Below the pieces are notes generated by a model. The model searched no databases. It was given only the letters and a program-made list of their open reading frames with translations, and was not told the origin of the DNA. From Peptoclostridium sp. (GTDB taxonomy: Bacteria > Bacillota > Clostridia > Peptostreptococcales > Peptostreptococcaceae): DNA of 64,000 nucleotides. Positions within the stretch are counted from its first letter, which is position 1; every line of letters begins with the position of its first letter. Shown here in pieces: positions 18,545-30,280 of this stretch. Made by a program: the position numbers and the translations under genes. Where the stretch lies: the NCBI RefSeq assembly GCF_009881055.1, contig NZ_WXFG01000032.1:45739-109738 (forward strand), in the 5' to 3' direction.

Positions 18545-19840
18545 ATGGACATTAATGAATTGCGAATGCAAAATAAGCATCTTGGAGTGTTGGGCTTGGG
18601 CAGAAAAAAACGCAGAGCGCAGAGGAAAATATTAAACTATGCACTTTTTATGGGAATATTCAGTTATATAGTATTCAATCTCGTGATGGGCATAATAAAT
18701 TCAAGTATACAAACGCACACTGTAAAAAAGGGCCAGATTGTAGAAGAGATAAAAAAGGACGCATATGCTGTAAGGCAGGAAGCGGTGTTTTATACGAGCA
18801 TTGCAGGGACTCCCAAGTATCTTCACAATGAAGGTGACAGAATAAGCATAAATGATTACGTTTGTGAGATACAAACGAGTGAGGCTGACCAGAAGCTTAG
18901 GCAGGAGGCGGACACTGTAGCCAGAAGGCTGGAGGTCATGTCTTCGGGCGGCACAGGAGCTCTTGCAGGTATTACACCGGAAAAACTCGACAGAGGCATA
19001 GAGGTTAAGCGCCAGGAAATAAAAAACAGTATAGTAATGGGTGATTTTGATTCGGTAGGGAGGCTGAAAAAGGAGCTTCTGTACCTTATAGATGAAAAGA
19101 GCATAATTTACGGCAGTCTTGCTGGCCAGGATATAGGAGCGCTTCAAAACAAGGCCGCAGCCATACAGTCGAAAATCCAAAGCTCCTCTAGAGTAATCCC
19201 CACTAATATATCAGGGGTGCTGAGCTTTCAGGCTGACGGCTTCGAAGGCAGGATGGCGCCCGAGGAAATCGGAAAGCTTGATTCGGAATTCTTGAAGTCG
19301 CTGAGCAACAGCAATGTCATCAAAAAGGACGCTGCTTTCGAAAAGGGTGATCCTGCATTCAAGATTGTCAACAACCACTTCATATACCTGCTTTTTATCG
19401 TGGATGAAAAAGAAAAAAAAGAGCTTAAGGTAGGACAGGGGCTGTACGTAAAAAGCGGTAAGGATATGGTGTACTGCGTAATAAAGGACATGTACAAGGA
19501 TTCCCACGGCAAAAGCATAATGGTGTTCAAAACAGCATCGGCACCTGCGGACTTTCTTGAAAAGAGGGTTCTTAGCTGCAGCATTGTTACAAAAAACATA
19601 TCAGGCATAAAAATTCCAAAGACTGCGCTTGTAACCCAGGATGGAAAACAGGGAGTATACGTGATTTCAGAAACGGGGCAGGCCGATTTCAAGGAAATTC
19701 AATGCCAGATTGGGGAGAATGAAGAATATCTGATTCTCAACTACAGGCAAATAGAGGCGGAAAAAATAGACACAGCTAAGCTGTACGATGAAATAATAAT
19801 GAATCCTAAGAGGGTAAGGGAAGGCCAAAAGATAAGATAG
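18545..19840 (+). CDS. Membrane-anchored HlyD/membrane-fusion-like protein
   Basis: Basic N-terminus, one TM segment, then barrel-sandwich/coiled-coil/beta-barrel-like regions. The start is uncertain because there is no clear RBS. Confidence 0.5.
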   Translation: MDINELRMQNKHLGVLGLGRKKRRAQRKILNYALFMGIFSYIVFNLVMGIINSSIQTHTVKKGQIVEEIKKDAYAVRQEAVFYTSIAGTPKYLHNEGDRISINDYVCEIQTSEADQKLRQEADTVARRLEVMSSGGTGALAGITPEKLDRGIEVKRQEIKNSIVMGDFDSVGRLKKELLYLIDEKSIIYGSLAGQDIGALQNKAAAIQSKIQSSSRVIPTNISGVLSFQADGFEGRMAPEEIGKLDSEFLKSLSNSNVIKKDAAFEKGDPAFKIVNNHFIYLLFIVDEKEKKELKVGQGLYVKSGKDMVYCVIKDMYKDSHGKSIMVFKTASAPADFLEKRVLSCSIVTKNISGIKIPKTALVTQDGKQGVYVISETGQADFKEIQCQIGENEEYLILNYRQIEAEKIDTAKLYDEIIMNPKRVREGQKIR

Positions 19841-19851
19841 GGGTGGAATAG

Positions 19852-20556
19852 ATGAGCTCATATATAGCAGAGAACTTGAAAGACATTAATCAAAACATAA
19901 AGGTCAATGCAAACAGGTCTGGAAGAGAATTGAGCGATATAGTGCTAATAGCCGTGACAAAGACAGTGGACGAGGACAAAATCAACGAAGCAATAGAATG
20001 CGGGGTTACGGACATAGGCGAAAACAAGCCTCAGGAAATCGTAAGAAAATTTGAACACATACGTGGAAATGTGAGATGGCACCTTATAGGGTCTTTACAG
20101 ACAAACAAGGTAAAATATATAATTGATAAAGTGGATTTAATACACTCGCTTGATAGAGAAGGCTTGGCCAAGGAAATAGACAAGAGAGCGAAAGCTGCAG
20201 GAAAGGTCATGGACTGCCTTGTCCAGATAAATATATCTCATGAGGACACCAAACATGGCCTTGACGAATCTGAAGTCGAAAATTTCATGAGAATGGTATC
20301 GAGTACCTGCCCAAACATAAGGATAAGAGGTCTTATGGGCATGGCCCCGTTCGTGGAAAATCCGGAGGAATCAAGGATTTATTTCAAAAAAATAAAGGAA
20401 ATTTCATTGAAAATTGAGAATCTTAATATGCAAGGGGTATATATGGACTATCTGTCTATGGGTATGAGCAACGATTACGAGATCGCTTTGCAGGAGGGCT
20501 CCAACATGGTCAGAATTGGGACTGCAATATTTGGAAAGAGAAATTATGCTGTTTAG
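19852..20556 (+). CDS. ylmE: YggS/YlmE family pyridoxal-phosphate homeostasis protein
   Basis: VTKTV (the PLP-binding lysine context) and SMGMSNDYEIA, 234 aa, positioned upstream of sepF. Confidence 0.9.
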   Translation: MSSYIAENLKDINQNIKVNANRSGRELSDIVLIAVTKTVDEDKINEAIECGVTDIGENKPQEIVRKFEHIRGNVRWHLIGSLQTNKVKYIIDKVDLIHSLDREGLAKEIDKRAKAAGKVMDCLVQINISHEDTKHGLDESEVENFMRMVSSTCPNIRIRGLMGMAPFVENPEESRIYFKKIKEISLKIENLNMQGVYMDYLSMGMSNDYEIALQEGSNMVRIGTAIFGKRNYAV

Positions 20557-20571
20557 GAGGCTTAGATAATA

Positions 20572-21009
20572 ATGTCTGGAAAAATGGTTGAAAAAATGAA
20601 GAGACTAATGGGTTTTGAAGAGGATTTTGAAAACGATGTCTTCGAGGAAGAGGAAGAGCTTGATGAGGTTGCGGCTAAGGAGATTCCAAGAACCAGCAAG
20701 GTTGTGAACATCCATGCAACTACGCAGATGAAAGTAATGCTCTATGAGCCGCTTAGCTATGAAGAGGTGCCTGGCATAGTGGACAACCTCAAGGCGAGGA
20801 AGGCTGTAATTGTTAATCTGCAAAGCATTCAGGACAACGATATAGCAAAGACAATATTCGACTTCTTAAATGGAGCTGTTTATGCGCTTGAAGGCACTAT
20901 ACAAAAGGTTTCAAGCGGCATTTTCATACTCGCTCCAACAAATATAGACATAGATGCAAATATAAAAAAGGAACTTGAAAACAAGGTGCTTTTTCCTTGG
21001 CAAAAATAA
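20572..21009 (+). CDS. sepF: Cell division protein SepF
   Basis: 145 aa with an acidic linker, then a conserved C-terminal domain (..YEEVPGIVDNLKARKAVIVNL..). Confidence 0.9.
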   Translation: MSGKMVEKMKRLMGFEEDFENDVFEEEEELDEVAAKEIPRTSKVVNIHATTQMKVMLYEPLSYEEVPGIVDNLKARKAVIVNLQSIQDNDIAKTIFDFLNGAVYALEGTIQKVSSGIFILAPTNIDIDANIKKELENKVLFPWQK

Positions 21010-21034
21010 ATAATAGTAGCGGGGAGCATAAAAA

Positions 21035-21310
21035 ATGTATGTTATTGTTAAGGCATTAGGTTATTTTGTACAATTTTTGGAGTTTATGATTTTCATAAGA
21101 ATTATAATGTCTTGGGTCAGAGTCAACCCGTATTCGTCTTTTTATTCTTTTGTTTTCAGAGTCACAGAGCCTATATTAGGACCTTTCAGAGAGGGTATGA
21201 ACAGGCTTATAAATACAGGCCCGATTGATTTTTCACCTATTGTAGCATTGCTTGCTATAAGGCTTATATACAATATGCTTGTGGGCATACTTTTTAGAAT
21301 AGGATTTTAG
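21035..21310 (+). CDS. YggT family membrane protein
   Basis: 91-aa two-TM protein in the conserved position after sepF. Confidence 0.85.
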   Translation: MYVIVKALGYFVQFLEFMIFIRIIMSWVRVNPYSSFYSFVFRVTEPILGPFREGMNRLINTGPIDFSPIVALLAIRLIYNMLVGILFRIGF

Positions 21311-21312
21311 AA

Positions 21313-22107
21313 TTGATTGACAGGACAAGGCTCACAGCGCACATAAAGGACGATGAGCTGCGCCGTGTTGTTTTCAATGTGATAGACAAGGCGCAAGCTG
21401 TCATTAAGACCCACGACACTAAGACTACGGACTTTCTTAATCCATACGAGTTAAAAAGCTCTGTGGGTGTACTTAACTCCCTCAGAGGGGAGATTTCATA
21501 CATTACATACGGCGGTTACGAGGGCGCTGAGCGCAATTGCATAAGTATAATTCCCTGGTATGCACACCAAGAATCTATCGGTGAAATGCCCATCAGATGC
21601 ATAGAAGTTAATGGAAGCTTCAAATTCAGCGAAATTTCACACAGGGATTACCTGGGGGCTCTTATGGGTCTTGGTATAAAGCGTGAAAAAATCGGTGATA
21701 TTCTGGTGCACGAAAATAAATGCCACATAGTTGTAAAAAAAGAAATATGCGACTACGTAGTATCAAGCTTCACTGAGGTTGCAAAATACAAGGTGAGTTG
21801 CAGGGTAATTGAGATCGATTCCATAATAATCCCACAGCTCGAATCAAGACAGAAGAAGTTCACAGTGGCATCAAATAGACTGGACTGCATACTTGCCGGA
21901 GTATACAACATATCAAGAGGCGATGCGGCAAGGCTCATAGAGGGAGAGCATGTCAAGGTAGACTTTGAACCTGTGAGTTCGCCGTCTAAAGCTGTGTGCG
22001 AAGGCTGCGTTGTTTCTGTAAGAGGCAAGGGAAGATTCAGAATTGAGGAATTTGGAGACGTGACAAAGAAAGGCAGGATGTTCATGATTGCCAATATCTT
22101 GATATAA
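21313..22107 (+). CDS. ylmH: YlmH-like RNA-binding (S4 domain) protein
   Basis: TTG start directly after the yggT stop. C-terminal S4-like RLDCILAGVYNISRGDAARLIEGEHVKVD. Confidence 0.85.
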   Translation: MIDRTRLTAHIKDDELRRVVFNVIDKAQAVIKTHDTKTTDFLNPYELKSSVGVLNSLRGEISYITYGGYEGAERNCISIIPWYAHQESIGEMPIRCIEVNGSFKFSEISHRDYLGALMGLGIKREKIGDILVHENKCHIVVKKEICDYVVSSFTEVAKYKVSCRVIEIDSIIIPQLESRQKKFTVASNRLDCILAGVYNISRGDAARLIEGEHVKVDFEPVSSPSKAVCEGCVVSVRGKGRFRIEEFGDVTKKGRMFMIANILI

Positions 22108-22140
22108 ATATACACTTATAATAGTAGGAGGGCACATAAT

Positions 22141-22608
22141 ATGATAACTCCATTGGATATTGAAAATAAGGAATTTAAGAGGGGCATTAGAGGATACAAA
22201 GAAGATGAGGTTGACGACTTCCTTGATGAAATAAAGGAGGACTTCGAAAAGATATATAAAGAGAATATAGAGCTCAGAGACAAGATAAACATGCTCTCCG
22301 ACCAGATTTCCAAATACAAAGGCATAGAGGAAACTCTTAAGAATACCCTTGTGGTAGCCCAGAGCACTGCAGAGGAAGTGAGCATGAACGCATCGAAAAA
22401 GTCTCAGCTTATAATAGAGGATTCGGAGCTCAAGGCCAGGAAGATAATAGAGCAAGCCAACAATCAGGTGATAAACATAATGAAGGAATACGAAGAGGTA
22501 AGAAAAGAGTTCAAGCTGTTCAAGAGCAGATTCAAATCGATGCTTGGAGAGCAGATAAAGACTATTGATGAAATATTCGAAGAAATGCCAGATTCAAGTG
22601 CTGAATAA
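22141..22608 (+). CDS. divIVA: DivIVA domain protein
   Basis: N-terminus MITPLDIENKEFKRGIRGYKEDEVDDFLD is the DivIVA signature, followed by coiled coil. Confidence 0.95.
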   Translation: MITPLDIENKEFKRGIRGYKEDEVDDFLDEIKEDFEKIYKENIELRDKINMLSDQISKYKGIEETLKNTLVVAQSTAEEVSMNASKKSQLIIEDSELKARKIIEQANNQVINIMKEYEEVRKEFKLFKSRFKSMLGEQIKTIDEIFEEMPDSSAE

Positions 22609-22623
22609 AGCACTCTTTTTTTT
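22597..22623 (+). terminator. Weak intrinsic terminator after divIVA
   Basis: AGTGCT-GAATAA-AGCACT followed by a T-run. Confidence 0.5.
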
Positions 22624-22668
22624 GCAAGACTATATATAAACAATATGTATGCATGGTGGAGGGAAATG

Positions 22669-23370
22669 ATGGTTAAGAAAATTGGAATAATTGGAGCTAT
22701 GGACGAAGAGGTTGATATATTAAAGCATCACATGGATATAGACGAAATCAGGCTGATGGCCGGGCTTGAATTTAGCCTTGGCAAAATTGGAAAAAAAGAA
22801 ATAGTTCTTGTAAGGTGCGGGATAGGCAAGGTCAATGCCGCAATGTGTACTCAGATGCTAATTAGCGTTTTTGGAGCCGAGGCTGTAATAAATACGGGCG
22901 TTGCGGGAGCGCTCCACGATGAGCTGGATGTGCTTGATGTAGTAGTATCTACAGATGCGCTTGAACATGATTTTGACGCAACCGGCTTTGGTTACAAGCC
23001 GGGCGAGATACCGAGAATGGAGACCTCGATATTTGAAGCAGACGCAACTCTTGCTGATGCAGCGTACAGGGCCGGCCTTGAAAATGCCTCCGGCCACAAG
23101 GTTATGATGGGAAGGGTTGTAACGGGGGATGTCTTTGTGAGCAGCAAGGAACTAAAAGACAGGCTGGTCGATTTATTCTCGGGAGTTTGTACGGAGATGG
23201 AGGGAGCATCTGTAGCCCACGTATGCAATCTGAACAAAATTCCGTTTGTAATAATTAGAGCCATGTCAGACAAGGCTGACGGATCTGCTCATATCAATTA
23301 CAGTGAGTTTGTCGAAGCGGCAGCAGAAAATTCAAAAGACATGGTGCTGAGCATGCTCAAATCCATATAA
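22669..23370 (+). CDS. mtnN: 5'-methylthioadenosine/S-adenosylhomocysteine nucleosidase
   Basis: MVKKIGIIGAMDEE N-terminus and the EMEGASVAH motif. GGAGGG RBS. Confidence 0.9.
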   Translation: MVKKIGIIGAMDEEVDILKHHMDIDEIRLMAGLEFSLGKIGKKEIVLVRCGIGKVNAAMCTQMLISVFGAEAVINTGVAGALHDELDVLDVVVSTDALEHDFDATGFGYKPGEIPRMETSIFEADATLADAAYRAGLENASGHKVMMGRVVTGDVFVSSKELKDRLVDLFSGVCTEMEGASVAHVCNLNKIPFVIIRAMSDKADGSAHINYSEFVEAAAENSKDMVLSMLKSI

Positions 23371-23387
23371 ATCATAGAGGTGAAAAG

Positions 23388-23846
23388 GTGAATATTTTAA
23401 TAATAGCGCTTCTTGTAGCGCTGGATCAGGCGGTAAAGCTCTGGGCGCTGAGGTTCCTGGCCTCAGTTGGAAGCATACCGGTAATAAGGGACATATTCCA
23501 CCTTACATACGTGGAAAACAGGGGAGCGGCCTTTGGTGTCCTTCAGAACAAAAGATGGTTTTTCATAGTGCTTACGGTAGTCATAGTCTCGGGTGTTATG
23601 TATTTCATGTACAAAAACAAGGGCATGAACACATATCTTAAGCTTTCGCTTGATCTTGTGGTTGCAGGGGCAATAGGGAATCTGATTGACAGGGTGAGGC
23701 TGGGCTTTGTGGTGGATTTTTTAGACTTCAGGATATGGCCTGTATTCAACATTGCCGATATCTGCGTTGTGGTGGGCGGAATGGCGCTTGCGTATATTCT
23801 GCTTTTCAAAAGCGAGATGCTTGAAATTCAGGAGGGAAAGCGTTAA
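23388..23846 (+). CDS. lspA: Lipoprotein signal peptidase II
   Basis: NRGAAFG and FNIAD motifs, four TM segments, GTG start. Confidence 0.9.
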   Translation: MNILIIALLVALDQAVKLWALRFLASVGSIPVIRDIFHLTYVENRGAAFGVLQNKRWFFIVLTVVIVSGVMYFMYKNKGMNTYLKLSLDLVVAGAIGNLIDRVRLGFVVDFLDFRIWPVFNIADICVVVGGMALAYILLFKSEMLEIQEGKR

Positions 23847-23849
23847 CTC

Positions 23850-25350
<1,501 letters not shown>

Positions 25351-25353
25351 AAT

Positions 25354-25404
25354 AAAAAAAGCTGGCGGCCGGAACGAATCAAGTTCGTTCTGGCCGCCAG
25401 CTTT
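25354..25404. terminator. Bidirectional terminator between pyrR and rqcH
   Basis: A7-GCTGGCGGCCGGAACGAA...TTCGTTCTGGCCGCCAGC-TTT, a 21-bp stem. Confidence 0.85.
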
Positions 25405-27214
25405 AGTTTGTGCTGTTCTCGTCAGAGGAAGGAGAATTTTTCTTTATGGCAACCAGGTCTTCTTCCGACGGCGTAACATATATCGTGCGGTTCGATTCGT
25501 ATATGACCATGCCGGGCTTGGCGCCGCTTGGTTTTTTGACGTTTTTGCGCTCCGTGTAGTCCACAGGGACGTTGGCTGACATCCTGGCCTTGCTGTGGTA
25601 TGCGGCCAGCTTTGCAGCTTCGGCTATTGCAGTATCGCTCGCTTTTTTCCCGCCGGTTCTGATTATGACGTGTGAGCCGGGTATGTCCTTTGTGTGGAGC
25701 CATATATCAGAAGGAGCTGCAGTCTTGAGAGTGAGTATGTCGTTTTGCTTGTTGTTTTTGCCAACAAGTATCTCAAGACCGTCAGATGAATAGAAGGAAA
25801 GCGGTTTTGACACTTTGGATTTTTCGGATTCCTTCTTTTTAGGTTTGCCCTTGAGTCTGCTTTTCACAAGTCCTTCCTTTACAAGCTCTTCAATTATCTC
25901 GTCTAGCTCGAATGCGCTTTCGCAGTTTTCTATGCTGTATATTATGTTTTCAAGGTAGTCAATTTCTTTGAGGGTTATAGCTATTTGCTTTTCCAGCTCA
26001 AGGGCTGCGGTTTTGAGCTTGGTGTACTTCTTGAAATATTTCTGGGCGTTTTGAGACGGCGTTCGGTTTTTTTCGAGCGGTATTTCCACAAGGGGAGCCT
26101 CCTCATCGAAAAAGTTGGACACGCTTATGCTTTCCATACCGGGCTGTATCATGTAAATGTATGAGGTTATGAGATCTCCATAGAGCTTGTATACGGCTGC
26201 GTTTTCTGATTCGAGCAGCTCCTCGCGCTGTTTTTGGACCTTGTTTTGAAGCCTCTCAAGCTTGTTTGACATGCTTTTTCTCAGGTTGATGGTTTTTTGC
26301 TTCATCCGCTCCTTGAGATCCCTTTGCATGTAGAAGGTTTCAAGTATTTCGCTGGGGCTTTCGCTTTCGATGTATGAAAACGAGCTGTAAAGTGTGAGTC
26401 TTGTAAAGCAAAAGTCAACAAGAGTATCAGTCGTCTTGTCTATTACTATCGAAGGCGAGAAAATATCGTTTTTTATCTGCCTGAAGAATCGGTCGAATGA
26501 CTCAAAGAGCATATCAAGCTGTCTGCTTTCTAGCTGAGAGGAGTGTATGTCGAAAGGGAGCGAGCTCCTGTGGACTATCTCCTTGGCCACTATGGGGCTT
26601 ATGCCCTTGAATGACTCGTATATGGCCCTGAATACCGGCGAATTTGAGCTTGAAATTCTGCTTGTGAACTCCTCCTTGTCCACAAGCTCTAGTGGATTCA
26701 GCTTGTCCTGGGGCGGAGGAGCCATGTAGCTGTTGCCAGGCAGAATCTGCCTGTAGCTGCTGACGCTCAGAGGGATTCTCTTAATGGAATCCAAAATTCT
26801 GTTTGTGCCCGAATCAACTAGTATAATATTGCTGTGCTTGCCCATTATCTCTATGAGTATGTCGATATTTCTTTTTTGCTTTAGCTCGTCGAGAGTCTCT
26901 ACGGATATCTTTATTATTCTCTCAAAATCTGGCTGCGTAACTGAAAGTATGCGGCCGCCCAGAAGATTTTTCCTCGAGAGCATGCAGAACATCGGAGGGG
27001 TTTCGGGATTTTCCTTGGCCGCGCTTTTTACAATGTGTGCTCTGGGATTCGAGGAGCTGGCGCTTAAAAGGAGCCTTACGGATTCCCCTTTGCTCCTTAT
27101 TGTTATTATCATCTCATCGCCCTCAGGCTGATATATCTTTTCTATCCTTCCGCCTGCAAGAACCAAGGAGAGTTCCTTGACAAGCGAATGGACAAATATT
27201 CCGTCTAATGCCAT
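25403..27214 (-). CDS. rqcH: Ribosome quality control protein RqcH (NFACT / fibronectin-binding protein A family)
   Basis: 603 aa. N-terminus MALDGIFVHSLVKEL, a central coiled coil, and a C-terminal NFACT-R region (WLHTKDIPGSHVII). Confidence 0.9.
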   Translation of the reverse strand: MALDGIFVHSLVKELSLVLAGGRIEKIYQPEGDEMIITIRSKGESVRLLLSASSSNPRAHIVKSAAKENPETPPMFCMLSRKNLLGGRILSVTQPDFERIIKISVETLDELKQKRNIDILIEIMGKHSNIILVDSGTNRILDSIKRIPLSVSSYRQILPGNSYMAPPPQDKLNPLELVDKEEFTSRISSSNSPVFRAIYESFKGISPIVAKEIVHRSSLPFDIHSSQLESRQLDMLFESFDRFFRQIKNDIFSPSIVIDKTTDTLVDFCFTRLTLYSSFSYIESESPSEILETFYMQRDLKERMKQKTINLRKSMSNKLERLQNKVQKQREELLESENAAVYKLYGDLITSYIYMIQPGMESISVSNFFDEEAPLVEIPLEKNRTPSQNAQKYFKKYTKLKTAALELEKQIAITLKEIDYLENIIYSIENCESAFELDEIIEELVKEGLVKSRLKGKPKKKESEKSKVSKPLSFYSSDGLEILVGKNNKQNDILTLKTAAPSDIWLHTKDIPGSHVIIRTGGKKASDTAIAEAAKLAAYHSKARMSANVPVDYTERKNVKKPSGAKPGMVIYESNRTIYVTPSEEDLVAIKKNSPSSDENSTN

Positions 27215-27414
27215 TGGTTACCTCCAAACAAAATAGTTATAACTAACAGTATAATCCAAGCGGGCTCTTTTAACAATCACAACAATCGGCATACTTTGTG
27301 AAATCAACATTTATGCAGTTCATAAAAAATATTCAAATGGTGGTTTCTGCTACCAATTTGTTTTGATTTAATATATTATTTTATGTATAATATATCAGTA
27401 TGGGAGGCGATTTT

Positions 27415-28245
27415 GTGATTGAATTTGTAAAGCTTCACGGAGCGGGAAATGACTTCATTGCCATAGATGGAGAAAAATACATATACGAAGACTATTCTGA
27501 AATTGCCAGAAAGATGTGCCACAGAAGATTTGGAATAGGCGCGGATGGCCTTCTTGTAGCTAAGCATTCAAGCGTTGCGGATTGCTGTATGGTATATTAC
27601 AATTCTGACGGCAGTAGGGCCAAAATGTGCGGCAACGGACTTAGGTGTTTTGTGAAATATGTGCATGACACAGGACTAGTGGACAAAGCGGAATTCGATG
27701 TGGAGACGCTGGCCGGAACAATAAGGGTTCAGGCCAAGGTTCAAGACGGAAATGTGATAAGTGTAAAGGCAGACATGGGCAGGGCTGAGCTTTCTCCTGA
27801 AAAGATTCCTGTGAATTCATCAGATGGAGACTTCCTGAACAAGTCGATTGAAGTAGACGGAGATAATATAAACATATCGGCTGTGCTTGTAGGCGTGCCT
27901 CATGCGGTTGTATATGTGGATACTATAGATATGGAAACCGTAAAGCGACTTGGACCACGAATTGAAAATCATAGAATTTTCCCGGAGAGGACGAATGTCA
28001 ACTTTGTAGAGGTGGTCGACAAAAACAACCTAAAGGTAGCGACGTGGGAGAGAGGCTGCGGCTACACACTTGCGTGCGGCACAGGAATATGCGCTTCTGC
28101 CTATATATCGAATGTTCTCGGACTCTCGTCGGAGAGCGTTAACGTTGAGTCGGAAGGCGGCAAGCTTAAGATAGACATAATAGACGGACTTATATATATG
28201 GATGGACCTGCTGTGAAAATTTGCGAAGGTGTTATGGAGGTATAG
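27415..28245 (+). CDS. dapF: Diaminopimelate epimerase
   Basis: HGAGNDF, MCGNGLRC and ACGTG catalytic cysteine motifs. The GTG at 27415 lies 7 nt after GGGAGG. Confidence 0.9.
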   Translation: MIEFVKLHGAGNDFIAIDGEKYIYEDYSEIARKMCHRRFGIGADGLLVAKHSSVADCCMVYYNSDGSRAKMCGNGLRCFVKYVHDTGLVDKAEFDVETLAGTIRVQAKVQDGNVISVKADMGRAELSPEKIPVNSSDGDFLNKSIEVDGDNINISAVLVGVPHAVVYVDTIDMETVKRLGPRIENHRIFPERTNVNFVEVVDKNNLKVATWERGCGYTLACGTGICASAYISNVLGLSSESVNVESEGGKLKIDIIDGLIYMDGPAVKICEGVMEV

Positions 28246-28247
28246 CT

Positions 28248-29129
28248 ATGTCGGTAAGCATGACTGGATTTGGCAGAGGAGAGTACAGAGACGAGAACTA
28301 TCATTTTACTGTAGAGTGCAAAAGCATCAACCACAGGTATTTGGATATAAACATAAGGGTTCCAAGAAAGATTGCTTTTTTTGAAGAGAGAATAAGAAGC
28401 CAGGCTAAACAATACCTCAAAAGGGGAAGAGTTGATATTTTTGTCGGAATGGAGCTGACTGGAGAGAGCGAATCGGAGCTTAAGCTTGATCTGAAGCTTG
28501 CAAAGGGCTACCACGAGGTTCTCAAAAAGATAGCAGGCGAGATTGACGTCAAAAACGATATAACGATTTCATCAATAGCCAGATTCCCTGAGGTCGTAAA
28601 GCTGCTCGAGAAGGAAGAAGACGAGGAGCTCATATGGAAAAGCCTTGCACCGGCGCTTGAGGAGGCATTTAGAACAGTCAGAGACATGAGAAAGGTTGAG
28701 GGCGATAAGATATCGGCTGACATAATAATGAGATGCGCTCTCATGGAGGAATACCTCAGCGAGGTTGAGAAGCTCTCTGACACTGTGGTTGTGGAATACA
28801 AGGACAAGCTGACTGGGAGAATAAAGGACCTGCTCGGAGCGGGCGCGGCTATAGACGAAGCCAGGATAGCGCAGGAGGCCGCAATGTTTGCAGACCGGTG
28901 CAGCATAACAGAAGAAATAGTAAGATTCAGAAGCCACATTATCCAGCTTGGAGCTACACTCAAAGAGGATGATTCTGTAGGAAGGAAAATTGACTTCCTT
29001 ATACAGGAGATGAACAGGGAGGCCAATACCATAGGCTCTAAATCTTCAAACCTTAGGATAACGCAGCTTATTGTAGACATAAAAAGCGAGCTTGAAAAAA
29101 TAAGAGAACAAGTTCAAAATATAGAATAG
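28248..29129 (+). CDS. yicC: YicC family protein
   Basis: N-terminus MTGFGRGE and C-terminal [18 protein letters not shown]. Confidence 0.9.
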   Translation: MSVSMTGFGRGEYRDENYHFTVECKSINHRYLDINIRVPRKIAFFEERIRSQAKQYLKRGRVDIFVGMELTGESESELKLDLKLAKGYHEVLKKIAGEIDVKNDITISSIARFPEVVKLLEKEEDEELIWKSLAPALEEAFRTVRDMRKVEGDKISADIIMRCALMEEYLSEVEKLSDTVVVEYKDKLTGRIKDLLGAGAAIDEARIAQEAAMFADRCSITEEIVRFRSHIIQLGATLKEDDSVGRKIDFLIQEMNREANTIGSKSSNLRITQLIVDIKSELEKIREQVQNIE

Positions 29130-29139
29130 GAGGCCTGCA

Positions 29140-29436
29140 ATGGCTCTAAAGTTAGTTAACATAGGATTCGGAAACATAGTGTCGGCGAACAGGATAGTGT
29201 CTATTGTAAGTCCAGAATCAGCTCCTATAAAGAGGATAATACAGGAATCCAGAAAAAAGGGAACTCTCATTGACGCTACATACGGCAGGAGGACAAGGGC
29301 TGTAATATTCACCGACAGCGACTATGTGATATTGTCGGCAGTACAGCCGGAGACGGTTGCCCACAGGCTTGAAAACAAGGAAGAACACCATGTTGAGAGC
29401 CACAGCGATTATAGAAAGGAAGAAGTAAATGAATAA
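29140..29436 (+). CDS. remA: RemA/YlzA (DUF370) family regulator
   Basis: [28 protein letters not shown] signature. Confidence 0.9.
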   Translation: MALKLVNIGFGNIVSANRIVSIVSPESAPIKRIIQESRKKGTLIDATYGRRTRAVIFTDSDYVILSAVQPETVAHRLENKEEHHVESHSDYRKEEVNE

Positions 29437-30043
29437 AGAAGGCATCCTGATAGTCATATGCGGGCCGTCCGGAGTGGGCAAGGGAACAGTATGCAAGGAA
29501 TTCCTCGGCAAAAACAGGAATATAAAACTCTCGGTATCTGCAACTACAAGGAGTCCGAGAATCGGGGAAGTCGATGGGGTGAGCTACCATTTCCTCGAGA
29601 CCGGGCAATTTGAAAAAATGGTTGAAAATGGAGAGTTTATAGAGTATGCACGAGTATACGAGAATTACTATGGAACTCCCAAAGCAGAGGTGCTAAAAAA
29701 CTTGCATAATGGCGAGGATGTGCTTCTGGAGATAGACATACAGGGTGCAATGCAGGTTAAATCAAGCTATCCTGACGCTGTTTTCGTATTCATACTGCCG
29801 CCTTCGCTGGGAGAGCTGAGGGACAGGATTGTAAAAAGGGGCTCTGAGACAGAAGAGTCTTTGAAGCTGCGCTTTGGCAGTGCATACGATGAAATCTGCA
29901 AAATAGAAAACTTTGACTACTTTGTTGTAAATGACGATATCGAAAAAGCAGTCAGACAGCTCGACTGTATAATGATGGCTGAAAAAAGCCGAGTTCTGAG
30001 AAACAAAGAAAATATACTTGAGAATTTTAAGGAGGAAATATAA
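29429..30043 (+). CDS. gmk: Guanylate kinase
   Basis: [10 protein letters not shown]-loop, 204 aa. Confidence 0.95.
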   Translation: MNKEGILIVICGPSGVGKGTVCKEFLGKNRNIKLSVSATTRSPRIGEVDGVSYHFLETGQFEKMVENGEFIEYARVYENYYGTPKAEVLKNLHNGEDVLLEIDIQGAMQVKSSYPDAVFVFILPPSLGELRDRIVKRGSETEESLKLRFGSAYDEICKIENFDYFVVNDDIEKAVRQLDCIMMAEKSRVLRNKENILENFKEEI

Positions 30044-30262
30044 ATGTTATATCCATCAATAATTGATTTGCTTGATATAATGGAAAACAGATACACTCTT
30101 GTAATTGCGGTATCAAAGCGCGCAAGGCAGATAATAGATGAGCAGAGGGAAGGGCTAATGCCAACGGACGACAAGCCGGTCAATATTGCCACTAACGAAG
30201 TTTTCGCTGGAGAAATAGTGCTATCAAAGCATCAGTTGTCTGAAGAGGCTGTGGAATCTTAA
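30044..30262 (+). CDS. rpoZ: DNA-directed RNA polymerase subunit omega
   Basis: 72 aa with NRYTLVIAVSKRARQI. Confidence 0.9.
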   Translation: MLYPSIIDLLDIMENRYTLVIAVSKRARQIIDEQREGLMPTDDKPVNIATNEVFAGEIVLSKHQLSEEAVES

Positions 30263-30280
30263 ACGTAAGGAGAATGCAAT

